From contig JANVYR010000001.1 in the NCBI GenBank assembly GCA_030059665.1, positions 224,001 to 288,000 of the forward strand: a DNA stretch of 64,000 bases, read 5' to 3'. The translations under genes were made by a program, and so were the position numbers. Of the stretch, positions 9,736 through 17,881 are shown in pieces (within the stretch, counting starts at the first letter, position 1; every line of letters begins with the position of its first letter). The notes under the pieces were generated by a model that worked only from the letters and a program-made list of their open reading frames with translations, was not told where the DNA came from and ran no database searches. Source of the stretch: Candidatus Calditenuis fumarioli (lineage in GTDB: Archaea > Thermoproteota > Nitrososphaeria_A > Caldarchaeales > Calditenuaceae).

Positions 9736-10143
9736 GTGAACCCGATCAGGGCTGTGCTGCCGGTCGTCTCGATCGTGGTGATGAACTCGATCGGAAGCTA
9801 CGTCTCGGCCAGGGGTGCGGGTCTCGCTTGCCCAGACTGGCCACTATGCCCGTTCCCCGGAGACGAGCTGGTGCTGCTGGAGTTCACGCACAGGGCCTTC
9901 GCGATTGTGGTGCTCCTCGCGGTCGTTGCGGTCACGGTCCCATCGATCCGTTACGGCGGGGTCGCCCGAAAGCTGGCCGTCCTCGCGTTAGCTCTGTTGC
10001 TGGTCCAGATAGGCCTGGGAGGTGCGGTGGTGCTGACTGCGCTTAGGGCTGAGCTGGTTGCCTTGCACATGGCCGTTGCGAGCTCCGTCCTCGCTGCGTA
10101 CTCGATGCTAGCCGCGGTGCTGCTCTGGCGGGTGGAGAGATGA
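9736..10143 (+). CDS. ctaA: Half-size heme A synthase (COX15/CtaA family)
   Basis: GAGLACPDWPLC, EFTHR and LHM motifs; four TM helices. Likely start is GTG 9736. Confidence 0.8.
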   Translation: MNPIRAVLPVVSIVVMNSIGSYVSARGAGLACPDWPLCPFPGDELVLLEFTHRAFAIVVLLAVVAVTVPSIRYGGVARKLAVLALALLLVQIGLGGAVVLTALRAELVALHMAVASSVLAAYSMLAAVLLWRVER

Positions 10144-10784
10144 CCGTAGCGATCCTCGGTGGGACCGCTGGCCTGGGAAGGGCCCTCGCGATCAGGCTCG
10201 CCTCAAGCGGCGTCCGCGTCGTAATCGGCTCGAGGTCCGAGGAGAAAGCGAGAGAGGTTGCGAAGGAGGTCTCACGGCTGACCGGCTCCGCTCACGTCGA
10301 GGGCAGGAGGAACGAGGACGCGATCGAGGGCGCCGAGTTCGTGGTCTTCGCTGTGCCGTATCCCGGGATGTACGAGGTGGCCAAGGCGGTTCGCACGAAA
10401 CTCGGTGAAGGATCGGTGATCGTCTCAGCGATCGTCCCGCTCGAGTCCGACCTGGGAGGGCCAGCGAGGTACATAGAGCCTTCCGCAGGTTCCGCGGCCG
10501 AGGCGCTCCAGGAGCAGCTGAGGGGTTTCCCCGTCGTCTCGGCCTTCCACTACACGCCAGCCTCGCTCCTCGAGGACCTGAGCGCCGAATTGGACGTCGT
10601 CGTCTGCGGAGAGAGGGAGCCCGCATACCGGCTGATCGAGCTGCTCAGGGGCGTCAGGGGCATCAGGCCCCTTTACGGAGGTCCGCTGAGGAACTCCAGG
10701 GTGACGGAGAGGTTGGTCCAGCTCCTGATCGAGATCAACCGGGAGCACAAGACGAAAGCCGCCACCTTACGGTTCGCCTTCTGA
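10140..10784 (+). CDS. npdG: NADPH-dependent F420 reductase
   Basis: ILGGTAGLGRALA, IGSRS, SAAE and GGPL motifs. Confidence 0.85.
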   Translation: MTVAILGGTAGLGRALAIRLASSGVRVVIGSRSEEKAREVAKEVSRLTGSAHVEGRRNEDAIEGAEFVVFAVPYPGMYEVAKAVRTKLGEGSVIVSAIVPLESDLGGPARYIEPSAGSAAEALQEQLRGFPVVSAFHYTPASLLEDLSAELDVVVCGEREPAYRLIELLRGVRGIRPLYGGPLRNSRVTERLVQLLIEINREHKTKAATLRFAF

Positions 10785-10822
10785 GGTACAAGATTATAGA
10801 GCACGTCGAGTTAACCCATCGC

Positions 10823-12175
10823 GTGGATCCGGCGATATTCAGGGCGTACGACGTCAGGGGCGTTTACCCGAGACAGGTTAACGGCGAGGTGGCCTACGCG
10901 CTGGGCCTCGCCTTCGGCAGGATGGTAGGCGGCGGCAAGGTTCTGGTGGGGCGGGACGTCCGGCTGAGCGGTCCCGAGCTGGCCAGGTATCTGTCGCTTG
11001 GGCTGGAGGACGCGGGACTCCGGGTCTTCGATGCTGGTGTGGTGCCGACGCCGGCGCTGTACTTGGGCGTCGTCGAGGGCGGGTTCGACGGAGGCGTCCA
11101 GGTCACCGCATCGCACAACCCTCCCGACTGGAACGGGTTCAAGTTCGTCACCGGAACGGGTGAGACGATCTCTCAGGGGATGGGGATGGAGGAGCTGAGG
11201 GATGCGGCGATGTCGCTGGCGAACGTCCGGGTGCCGTCGAGGGATCCGGGCACCGAGAGGGTCGACGTCCTCGGTCGCTATCTAGAGCGGCTCAAGTCTC
11301 TGGTCAGACTCAGAAGGAAACTGAAGGTCGCTGTGGACTTCTCCAACGGCGCCGGAGCCGTCGTCGGCGCGCGGTTGCTGCGGGAGATCGGTGTGGAGCT
11401 TCACCCCCTGAACGACGTCCCCGATGGCAGGTTCCCAGCGCACCTTCCGGAGCCTACGCCCGAGACCGCGGAGGAGCTGAGGAAGACTGTGCGGGAGCAG
11501 GGACTGGACCTCGGTGCAGCTCTCGACGGCGACGCTGACAGGGCCGTCTTCTGCGACGACAGAGGGAGGCTCTTGGAGGGCGACCTCTCGCTGGCGGTTC
11601 TCGTCTCAGCGCTCGGCGTCAGGGGCAAGGTGGTTTACGACGTGAGCTGCAGCTCTGTGGTCGAGGAGGTCATCAGGTCGAAGGGCTGTGAACCCGTCCT
11701 CTGCAGGGTCGGGCGTGCGTTCATGCTAAGGAAGGTGAGGGAGGTGGGTGCTGTGATCGGCGCGGAGAAGAGCAACCACCTGTACTTCTCCGAGATCCAC
11801 GGGTTCGACGACGGCCTGTTCGCCGTTGCCAAGATGGCCGAGGCCGTGAGCGGCATGGAGAGACCCCTCTCGGAGTTCATCGACTCGCTGCCGAAGCGCT
11901 ACGCGTCAACCATATTCTCCGTGAATTTACCGAACGACGAGGTCAAGTGGAAGGCGATGGAGGTCATCGCGAGGAAACTCTCCTCGATAGCGAAGGAGAC
12001 GCTGACGATAGATGGGGTCAAGGCCTATCTCGACGACGGCTGGGTCCTGATCAGGCCGTCAAACACCATGCCCCAGATCAAGTACACCGCAGAGTCCGTG
12101 ACGGAGGAGGGGTTGAGGAGGCTCCTCGCCATCGCGGAGAAGACGATAGCCGAGAGCGTCTCCCAGTTGAGGTGA
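10823..12175 (+). CDS. Phosphomannomutase/phosphoglucomutase
   Basis: FRAYDVRG, TASHNP phospho-Ser motif, DGDADR and RPSNT. Confidence 0.93.
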   Translation: MDPAIFRAYDVRGVYPRQVNGEVAYALGLAFGRMVGGGKVLVGRDVRLSGPELARYLSLGLEDAGLRVFDAGVVPTPALYLGVVEGGFDGGVQVTASHNPPDWNGFKFVTGTGETISQGMGMEELRDAAMSLANVRVPSRDPGTERVDVLGRYLERLKSLVRLRRKLKVAVDFSNGAGAVVGARLLREIGVELHPLNDVPDGRFPAHLPEPTPETAEELRKTVREQGLDLGAALDGDADRAVFCDDRGRLLEGDLSLAVLVSALGVRGKVVYDVSCSSVVEEVIRSKGCEPVLCRVGRAFMLRKVREVGAVIGAEKSNHLYFSEIHGFDDGLFAVAKMAEAVSGMERPLSEFIDSLPKRYASTIFSVNLPNDEVKWKAMEVIARKLSSIAKETLTIDGVKAYLDDGWVLIRPSNTMPQIKYTAESVTEEGLRRLLAIAEKTIAESVSQLR

Positions 12176-12194
12176 GCTGCCGAGGGCAGAGCGG

Positions 12195-12974
12195 CTACGT
12201 GCCCCTTGTGACCCTCTCGGTCCTTGCCCTGTACCCCATCGAGTCGAGCGTGGCAAGCAGCTCGTCAACCGTCACGCTGACCGGAATCCTCGCGATGGCC
12301 CTTCCCTCGCGGTAGGAGACGGAGAGAGCGGTCCCTCCGAGCGATTCGATCGCGGACCTCACGGCCTGCTCGCAACCCTCGCACGTCATCCCATCCACAG
12401 CCAGCTCTATCGTTAACATCGGTTGCTTGAGCTGCTCCGCGACCGACCTCACGGCCCTTTCCGCGGACGTACCCCTCGCCATCTGTAGGTATTTGTCGAC
12501 TACGAGCCCGAGGTACTCCCTGCAGCACTTCCCAGATGGATTAGTTGTGAGGCACCATTTCCCAGTACCTGCCTTCGTGAAGGCCACGATGTCCTCCAAT
12601 GAGTCGCAGCACCCCTTCTCGATTATCTCTCGTTCTATCATCTCCTCCGTTACTTGGAGACAATAGCATATTGGTCTCGGAGGCTGTCTCTCCTTCAACC
12701 CGAACCTCGTCTTCACCTCGTCCTTCAGGAAGTATGTTTTGCTGACGTTGTTGAAATAGAACATCTCGCATTGTGGATTGCTGCAGAAGTAAAACCCCTC
12801 AGTGAGGTGCGACCAGAACTTCTCCGGAACGTGTGTGGCAACGGTGACCTTCAGGACCCTAAGCCCCCGCTCACCGCAAACAGGACAGACCCTCTGGTCC
12901 TTCTCGGACTCCTCTCTGATGTGGATCTGCCTGCCGGTGACGGTGAGGTGCCTTTTCCGCTCCACCGCGCTCAT
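12195..12974 (-). CDS. CopZ-like copper chaperone: Zn/[2Fe-2S] N-domain plus HMA domain
   Basis: CPVC, YFCSNPQC, PICYC, KGCC and NPSGKCC, then MTCEGC. True start is ATG 12974; the 5' extension in the ORF track belongs to the YHS gene region. Confidence 0.8.
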   Translation of the reverse strand: MSAVERKRHLTVTGRQIHIREESEKDQRVCPVCGERGLRVLKVTVATHVPEKFWSHLTEGFYFCSNPQCEMFYFNNVSKTYFLKDEVKTRFGLKERQPPRPICYCLQVTEEMIEREIIEKGCCDSLEDIVAFTKAGTGKWCLTTNPSGKCCREYLGLVVDKYLQMARGTSAERAVRSVAEQLKQPMLTIELAVDGMTCEGCEQAVRSAIESLGGTALSVSYREGRAIARIPVSVTVDELLATLDSMGYRARTERVTRGT

Positions 12975-13117
12975 CGCGATGCGTACTTGGCAGGGTTTGC
13001 CTTGAACTGGTCGAGGCATTGCTGGCGGCAGAAGTAGTAGGTTTTGCCGCCGTACTCGTACGTGTACTTCGCCGTCTTCTCGTTGACCTCCATCCCGCAA
13101 ACCGGATCCTTCGCCAT
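12971..13117 (-). CDS. YHS-domain protein (48 aa)
   Basis: Hand translation MAKDPVCGMEVNEKTAKYTYEYGGKTYYFCRQQCLDQFKANPAKYASR. Its stop overlaps the CopZ start (ATGA). Confidence 0.9.
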   Translation of the reverse strand: MAKDPVCGMEVNEKTAKYTYEYGGKTYYFCRQQCLDQFKANPAKYASR

Positions 13118-13284
13118 CGCACTTCACTCCCCTCAGCGAGTATTTACGCCGTTCCCCTCCATGCGACGATCATTCGGTCACGATGCCCTCCAGACCTCCA
13201 CCTTGCCACGACGCCTCGACTCCCGTTGAGCGCGACCCCTGCCCTTTGGCTTTGGGTTGACGTGAAAAGGATGCCCGGATTGGT

Positions 13285-14439
13285 CTAACGGCCGAAGTGC
13301 CTCTCGACCACCGACCGGACGTCAACAGAATCGGCCGTCCTGAACCCCAGCTCGTTCAGGCTGCCCTTCAGCGCCTCCAGCGTTCTTGTCACCCTCTCCG
13401 GCGACACCATGCCCATGTTTCCGATCCTGAAGATCTTGCCCTTCGTCTTGCCCATCCCGCCGGCGATGTGAACACCGTACCGCTCCTTCATCGTCCTCGT
13501 CAGCTTAGCGTCCTCGATACCCGCTGGGAGCCTGCCGGCGATCAGCGTCCTCGACCTGAACTCCGGTGCGGGGAAGACCTCGATCCCCATCCGTTCGAGG
13601 GCCTCGTAGAAGGCCCCAGCGCCCGCAGCGTGGTTCCGGAACCACCTCTCGAGGCCGACCACCTCCAGTATGTGCTGGAGCGATGCGCGGAGGGCGAAGA
13701 AGAGCGATACCGCCGGCGTGAAGGGCGTCTCCCACCTCTTCATGAACTCCCTGTGCGTCACGAGGTCGAAGTAGTGGGGCCTCCTCTGCTTCCTCACCAC
13801 CCTCTCCCATCCCTCCTCGCTGATGTAGAGCACCGCGAGGCCAGGAGGCGCTGCGAGGCACTTCTGGGTGCCGCCGACGAAGCAGGTCACGCCCCATCTG
13901 CTCAGCCCCATCGGGTAGCCGCCGATCGACGTGACGCCGTCGACGATCAGGGCTATTCCGTTCCTCCTGCAGTACTCCGCGATCGCGGGGACGTCGCTGC
14001 AGTACGCTCCGGTGGAGGTCTCGTTGTGGACCAGAAGGACCGCGTCCGCGCCCTTCCCCTCAACTTCCCTCTTCACCTGCTCCAGGGTCGGTGCCGTCCC
14101 GAGGGGGAGCTCGATCACCTCCACCTTATCCGAGTAGTACCTGGCAGCCTCGGTCATCCGCTCGGCGAACAGGCCGTTGACGAACGAGATGACCCGATCG
14201 TTCCTGTCGAGGAGGTTGGCCACCGCGGCCTCGATTCCACCGGTCGAGGAGCAGGTGAGGACGAAGACGTCCCCCGACTCGGCTCCGATGACCTTCCTGA
14301 TCCCATCCAGCACCTCCCGGTGTACCTGACGGAAACCCTCGTCCCTGTGGTTGATCATCCGGGAGGTCATGGCGCGATAGGCGGCCTCGGGCACATCTGT
14401 CGGACCGGGGAGCATCAGGATCCAGTCCTGTCCGTCCAC
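13285..14439 (-). CDS. Class V PLP aminotransferase (serine-pyruvate/alanine-glyoxylate type)
   Basis: LMLPGPT, VHNETSTG, VDGVTS, GGTQKCLAAPPG and FRIGNMG. Confidence 0.92.
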   Translation of the reverse strand: MDGQDWILMLPGPTDVPEAAYRAMTSRMINHRDEGFRQVHREVLDGIRKVIGAESGDVFVLTCSSTGGIEAAVANLLDRNDRVISFVNGLFAERMTEAARYYSDKVEVIELPLGTAPTLEQVKREVEGKGADAVLLVHNETSTGAYCSDVPAIAEYCRRNGIALIVDGVTSIGGYPMGLSRWGVTCFVGGTQKCLAAPPGLAVLYISEEGWERVVRKQRRPHYFDLVTHREFMKRWETPFTPAVSLFFALRASLQHILEVVGLERWFRNHAAGAGAFYEALERMGIEVFPAPEFRSRTLIAGRLPAGIEDAKLTRTMKERYGVHIAGGMGKTKGKIFRIGNMGMVSPERVTRTLEALKGSLNELGFRTADSVDVRSVVERHFGR

Positions 14440-14495
14440 GTCACAACACGTGCCCCGCTTCTATTCAACCGATCTCGGACAGGGCAGAGTCTCGT

Positions 14496-15371
14496 TCAGC
14501 CCAACAGGTTCCTGATGTGAGGAGGGTAGAGGTGGCGCAGCTCCATGCCGTGCACCATCACCACGACCTCCTCCTCGTAGAACCTGTCGACGGTGCTCCC
14601 AGCGGGGAGTTTCACCGTCCTCAGTCCCTTGAGGCGCTCGAGGAAGGCCTCTGCTGTGGAGTCGTCCTCCGAGAGCAGGACCTTTAGCGGCACCATCGCG
14701 AAGAGGACCCTGCCCTTCACGACGTGTCTGCTCGACTTGGGAGGGAACCTCAGCCCCTCAAGGGCCGAGCAAATGACGTCCTGCTTCCCGATCGGCCTCG
14801 ACGCGACCACGGCCCTCCACTCACCCCTCCTTAACCCATCGAGGGCCTCCTCCTCACGCTGGTGGACGAGCCCGTAGGGCTCCAGCAACCGGTCGATGAA
14901 CGCCATCATCCTGTATGCTTGGTACGTCGAGACCGGTGATCCGGACCTCAGCAGGTAGGCCGAGCCGGTGGAGTCCATGACCGAGGCGAACGCCCTCCCG
15001 TCGAGGGCCATCCCGTCCATCGCCCGCTCCGGATCGACCGGTGCGACCTCGGCCTCGAGGTCCCGCGAGATCCTGCTCAGGAAGTCGGAGAGGTCGAAGT
15101 CCCTCCTCACGGTCCTGAACCACCTCTTCACCTCGACCTCGTTTGACATGTAGTCCACTGAGTACGCGAGGACCCTCCTCGCACCCATTCGCCTGAGCGC
15201 CTCGACCCTGTGGTTGCCGTCGAGAACTATGCCGTGCTCCCTCGAGACGATCACCGGATGCAGGAGCAGACCCGTTGAGCGGAGCTCGGAGATCACGGAT
15301 TCGAGCAGACCCCTGATGACCTCCTCGTGCGGGATGAGCCGATCGATATCGACGAACTCCAGAGACCCCAT
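14496..15371 (-). CDS. ParB/Srx-fold protein, SerK/SbnI-like free serine kinase candidate
   Basis: LIPHEEV, HPVIV, VLDGNHRVEAL and C-terminal FPPKSSRH. Confidence 0.6.
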   Translation of the reverse strand: MGSLEFVDIDRLIPHEEVIRGLLESVISELRSTGLLLHPVIVSREHGIVLDGNHRVEALRRMGARRVLAYSVDYMSNEVEVKRWFRTVRRDFDLSDFLSRISRDLEAEVAPVDPERAMDGMALDGRAFASVMDSTGSAYLLRSGSPVSTYQAYRMMAFIDRLLEPYGLVHQREEEALDGLRRGEWRAVVASRPIGKQDVICSALEGLRFPPKSSRHVVKGRVLFAMVPLKVLLSEDDSTAEAFLERLKGLRTVKLPAGSTVDRFYEEEVVVMVHGMELRHLYPPHIRNLLG

Positions 15372-15460
15372 CCGTCTTCAAGACACTTCGCATGAAATAT
15401 TACGGTGACATGGGCTCGTAACGACGATCAGGTTAAGTCTGGGAGTGCGGCTCTAACGTC

Positions 15461-16504
15461 GTGAGGAGGCTCAGACAGCTCTCGGATTCGGTCCTCAACG
15501 CGATAGGCAACACGCCCCTCGTCAGGCTCAACAGAATCCCCCAGTCGATGGGCCTCAAGGACGTGGAGATCATGGTCAAGATGGAGTCGCTCAACCCATC
15601 GGGCAGCCTGAAGGACCGGATCTACCGGGAGATGATCACGAGGGCAGAGGAGAAGGGCGAGCTGAGGGAGGGGATGGAGATCCTCGAGGTCTCCACCGGC
15701 AACGCGGGGATCGCGTGCAGCTTCGTCGGCACCGTGCTCGGCTACAAAGTGACCGTGGTGATGCCGGAGGGCGTGAGCGTGGAGCGGAGGGAGCTAATCC
15801 GTGCCTACGGCGGCGAGGTCCTCCTGACGCCCGGCGGCGAGTCGGACGTGGACATTGCCATGGAGAAGGTCAGGTCCTTGGTCTCCTCGAACCCGAACAG
15901 ATACTGGTTCCCCAACCAGTTCGAGAACCCGAACAACCCGCTCGCGCACTACAGGACGACGGGCCCTGAGATCTGGGAGCAGACCAACGGGAAAATCGAT
16001 GCCTTCGTGATGTCCTACGGCTCAGGAGGCCTTATCACCGGTGTAGGAAGGTACCTCAAGGAGAGGGACCAGAAGGTGCAGGTGTACGCGGCGGAGCCCT
16101 CCGAGTGCCCAGTGATCGCCGAGGGGAGGTGGGGCAGGCACAAGATAGAGGGCGTCGGCGACGGCTTCATCCCGAGGAACATGGACATGTCCCTGATCGA
16201 TGGGGTGGTGATGGTCAGCTCCGAAGAGGCCATAGAGATGGCTAGGAGGCTCACGAGGGAGGAGGGGATCTTCTGCGGCATATCCTCTGGAGCCAACGTG
16301 GCCGCCGCCATCAAGCTCGTAAGGGCCTCGCCTGATCTGAGGCGGGTCGTCACCGTGATCTGCGACTCGGGTGACAGGTATCTCTCAACAGAGGTCTTCG
16401 GCCACCACCGCGAGCTGCCCGTCGTCGAGAGGGAGGTGAAGCTGGACCAGTACACGCTCGAGCAGCGGTCGAAGCACATCCGGAGGCTGAGGATCGTCCG
16501 ATAG
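15461..16504 (+). CDS. cysK: PLP-dependent cysteine synthase family protein
   Basis: IGNTPLVRL, NPSGSLKDR, STGNAG, HKIEGVG and GISSGAN. Confidence 0.88.
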   Translation: MRRLRQLSDSVLNAIGNTPLVRLNRIPQSMGLKDVEIMVKMESLNPSGSLKDRIYREMITRAEEKGELREGMEILEVSTGNAGIACSFVGTVLGYKVTVVMPEGVSVERRELIRAYGGEVLLTPGGESDVDIAMEKVRSLVSSNPNRYWFPNQFENPNNPLAHYRTTGPEIWEQTNGKIDAFVMSYGSGGLITGVGRYLKERDQKVQVYAAEPSECPVIAEGRWGRHKIEGVGDGFIPRNMDMSLIDGVVMVSSEEAIEMARRLTREEGIFCGISSGANVAAAIKLVRASPDLRRVVTVICDSGDRYLSTEVFGHHRELPVVEREVKLDQYTLEQRSKHIRRLRIVR

Positions 16505-16559
16505 GCGGGGTCGATTCAGAGTATAATTTGGGGTTCATCACTTTACACGTTGAGAAGGA

Positions 16560-17423
16560 ATGCTCCTCTTGGGGCGCCTCAGCTTGCCTCGATTCAGCGT
16601 CTCGAGGCCCTCATCCCTCAGGGAGGCTGTCGAGAGGCTCTCTTCGGGAGAGGGGGTCTACCCAATAGCGGGCGGGACCGCGCTCATACCCCTGATCAAG
16701 AAAGGACTCCTCGAGGTGCGGGAGCTCGTCGACCTCTCGTCCGTTAGGGAGCTCGGTGCCATCCGGCGCGAGGACGGCAGAGTCTTCGTGGGTGGCATGG
16801 TGACGCACTCGGAGCTGGTCGATGCCGCACCGTGGGGAATGCGGAACGTCCTCCGAGATTTCCTGAGGAACCACACCTCACCGCACGTGATGAACCTCGC
16901 CACCGTGGGCGGATCCGTAGCCTCTTCCACCTCGTCGGAGGACCTGCTCCCCGTCCTTCTGGCGGCAGACGCGGAGGTCGTCCTCGCCGGACGCGATGGA
17001 GACCACTCCGTCAGCCTCGAGGATTACCTCGCACGCCGCGACTCGTTCAGAGCGGAGATGGTCGAGGGCGTAAGGGTCAGGTACGTCTGGGATGGTTGGA
17101 GGTTCTCCTTCAGCAAGCTCTCGGTCTCCGTGCGGAGGATGCCTGCCTTCTGCGTCGTGGTGGGTGCGCGCGTCTCCGATCAAACTGTAGAGGACTGCAG
17201 GGTTGCGGTCGCCTTCGCCGACGGCTTGAGGCCCGGTAGGCTGAGGGACGTTGAGGACGCGGTGAGGGGGAAGAGGGTAGACGCGGTTAGGGCCGCAGAC
17301 GTTGAGGATGCGGTGAGGAGGTCTATCAGGCCTGCGGGTGACGTCCACTTCCCCTCGGAGTACAGGAGGAAGGTCACGTCAAGGGTCACGGCCCTGATGC
17401 TCTCGGAGGTGTTAGGCGCGTGA
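16560..17423 (+). CDS. Xanthine dehydrogenase-family FAD-binding subunit (enzyme 1)
   Basis: IAGGTAL, ATVGGS and terminal DVH.PSEYRRKV. Operonic with the 2Fe-2S and Mo subunits. Confidence 0.82.
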   Translation: MLLLGRLSLPRFSVSRPSSLREAVERLSSGEGVYPIAGGTALIPLIKKGLLEVRELVDLSSVRELGAIRREDGRVFVGGMVTHSELVDAAPWGMRNVLRDFLRNHTSPHVMNLATVGGSVASSTSSEDLLPVLLAADAEVVLAGRDGDHSVSLEDYLARRDSFRAEMVEGVRVRYVWDGWRFSFSKLSVSVRRMPAFCVVVGARVSDQTVEDCRVAVAFADGLRPGRLRDVEDAVRGKRVDAVRAADVEDAVRRSIRPAGDVHFPSEYRRKVTSRVTALMLSEVLGA

Positions 17424-17878
17424 TGGTCGAGCTGAAGGTTAACGGAAGGCCTTACCGGGTCGAGGTAACCGAGAACGAGCTGCTGGTGGACGTCCTCCGT
17501 TACAGGCTCGGGTTCATGGGAGTCAAACAGGGTTGCGGCGAGGGCGATTGCGGCCTCTGCCTCGTGCTGATGAACGGCAGGCCCGTGCACTCATGCCTCA
17601 TCCCCGCCTGGAGGGCCGACGGCAGCGATATCGTCACGGTTGAGGGCATAGGCTCCGAGACCTCTCTCCACCCGGTGCAGAGGGCCTTCATAGACCAGGG
17701 GGCCGTCCAGTGCGGCTTCTGCATACCCGCGGCTGTCCTCATCGGGAAGTGGCTGCTGGACAGAGGGCTGGCGGGCGACAGGGAGACCGTCAGGTGGGCA
17801 TACAGGGGCCTCCTCTGCCGCTGCGGCTCCTACCTGCGCTTCGAGGAGGCCGTCGCGCAGGCCTCGCGGGGTGGGTAG
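17420..17878 (+). CDS. Xanthine dehydrogenase-family 2x[2Fe-2S] subunit (enzyme 1)
   Basis: GCGEGDCGLC, QCGFC and LCRCGSY. Confidence 0.92.
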   Translation: MMVELKVNGRPYRVEVTENELLVDVLRYRLGFMGVKQGCGEGDCGLCLVLMNGRPVHSCLIPAWRADGSDIVTVEGIGSETSLHPVQRAFIDQGAVQCGFCIPAAVLIGKWLLDRGLAGDRETVRWAYRGLLCRCGSYLRFEEAVAQASRGG

Positions 17879-17881
17879 CGG

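Noticed and set aside
12975-13127. N-terminal extension of the 310-aa ORF 12195-13127
   Set aside because: It is an off-frame overlap of the real YHS gene; the CopZ-like protein starts at 12974.
13130-13284. Possible C/D box sRNA upstream of the YHS gene
   Set aside because: Only a weak C box with one CTGA; no convincing C'/D' pair.
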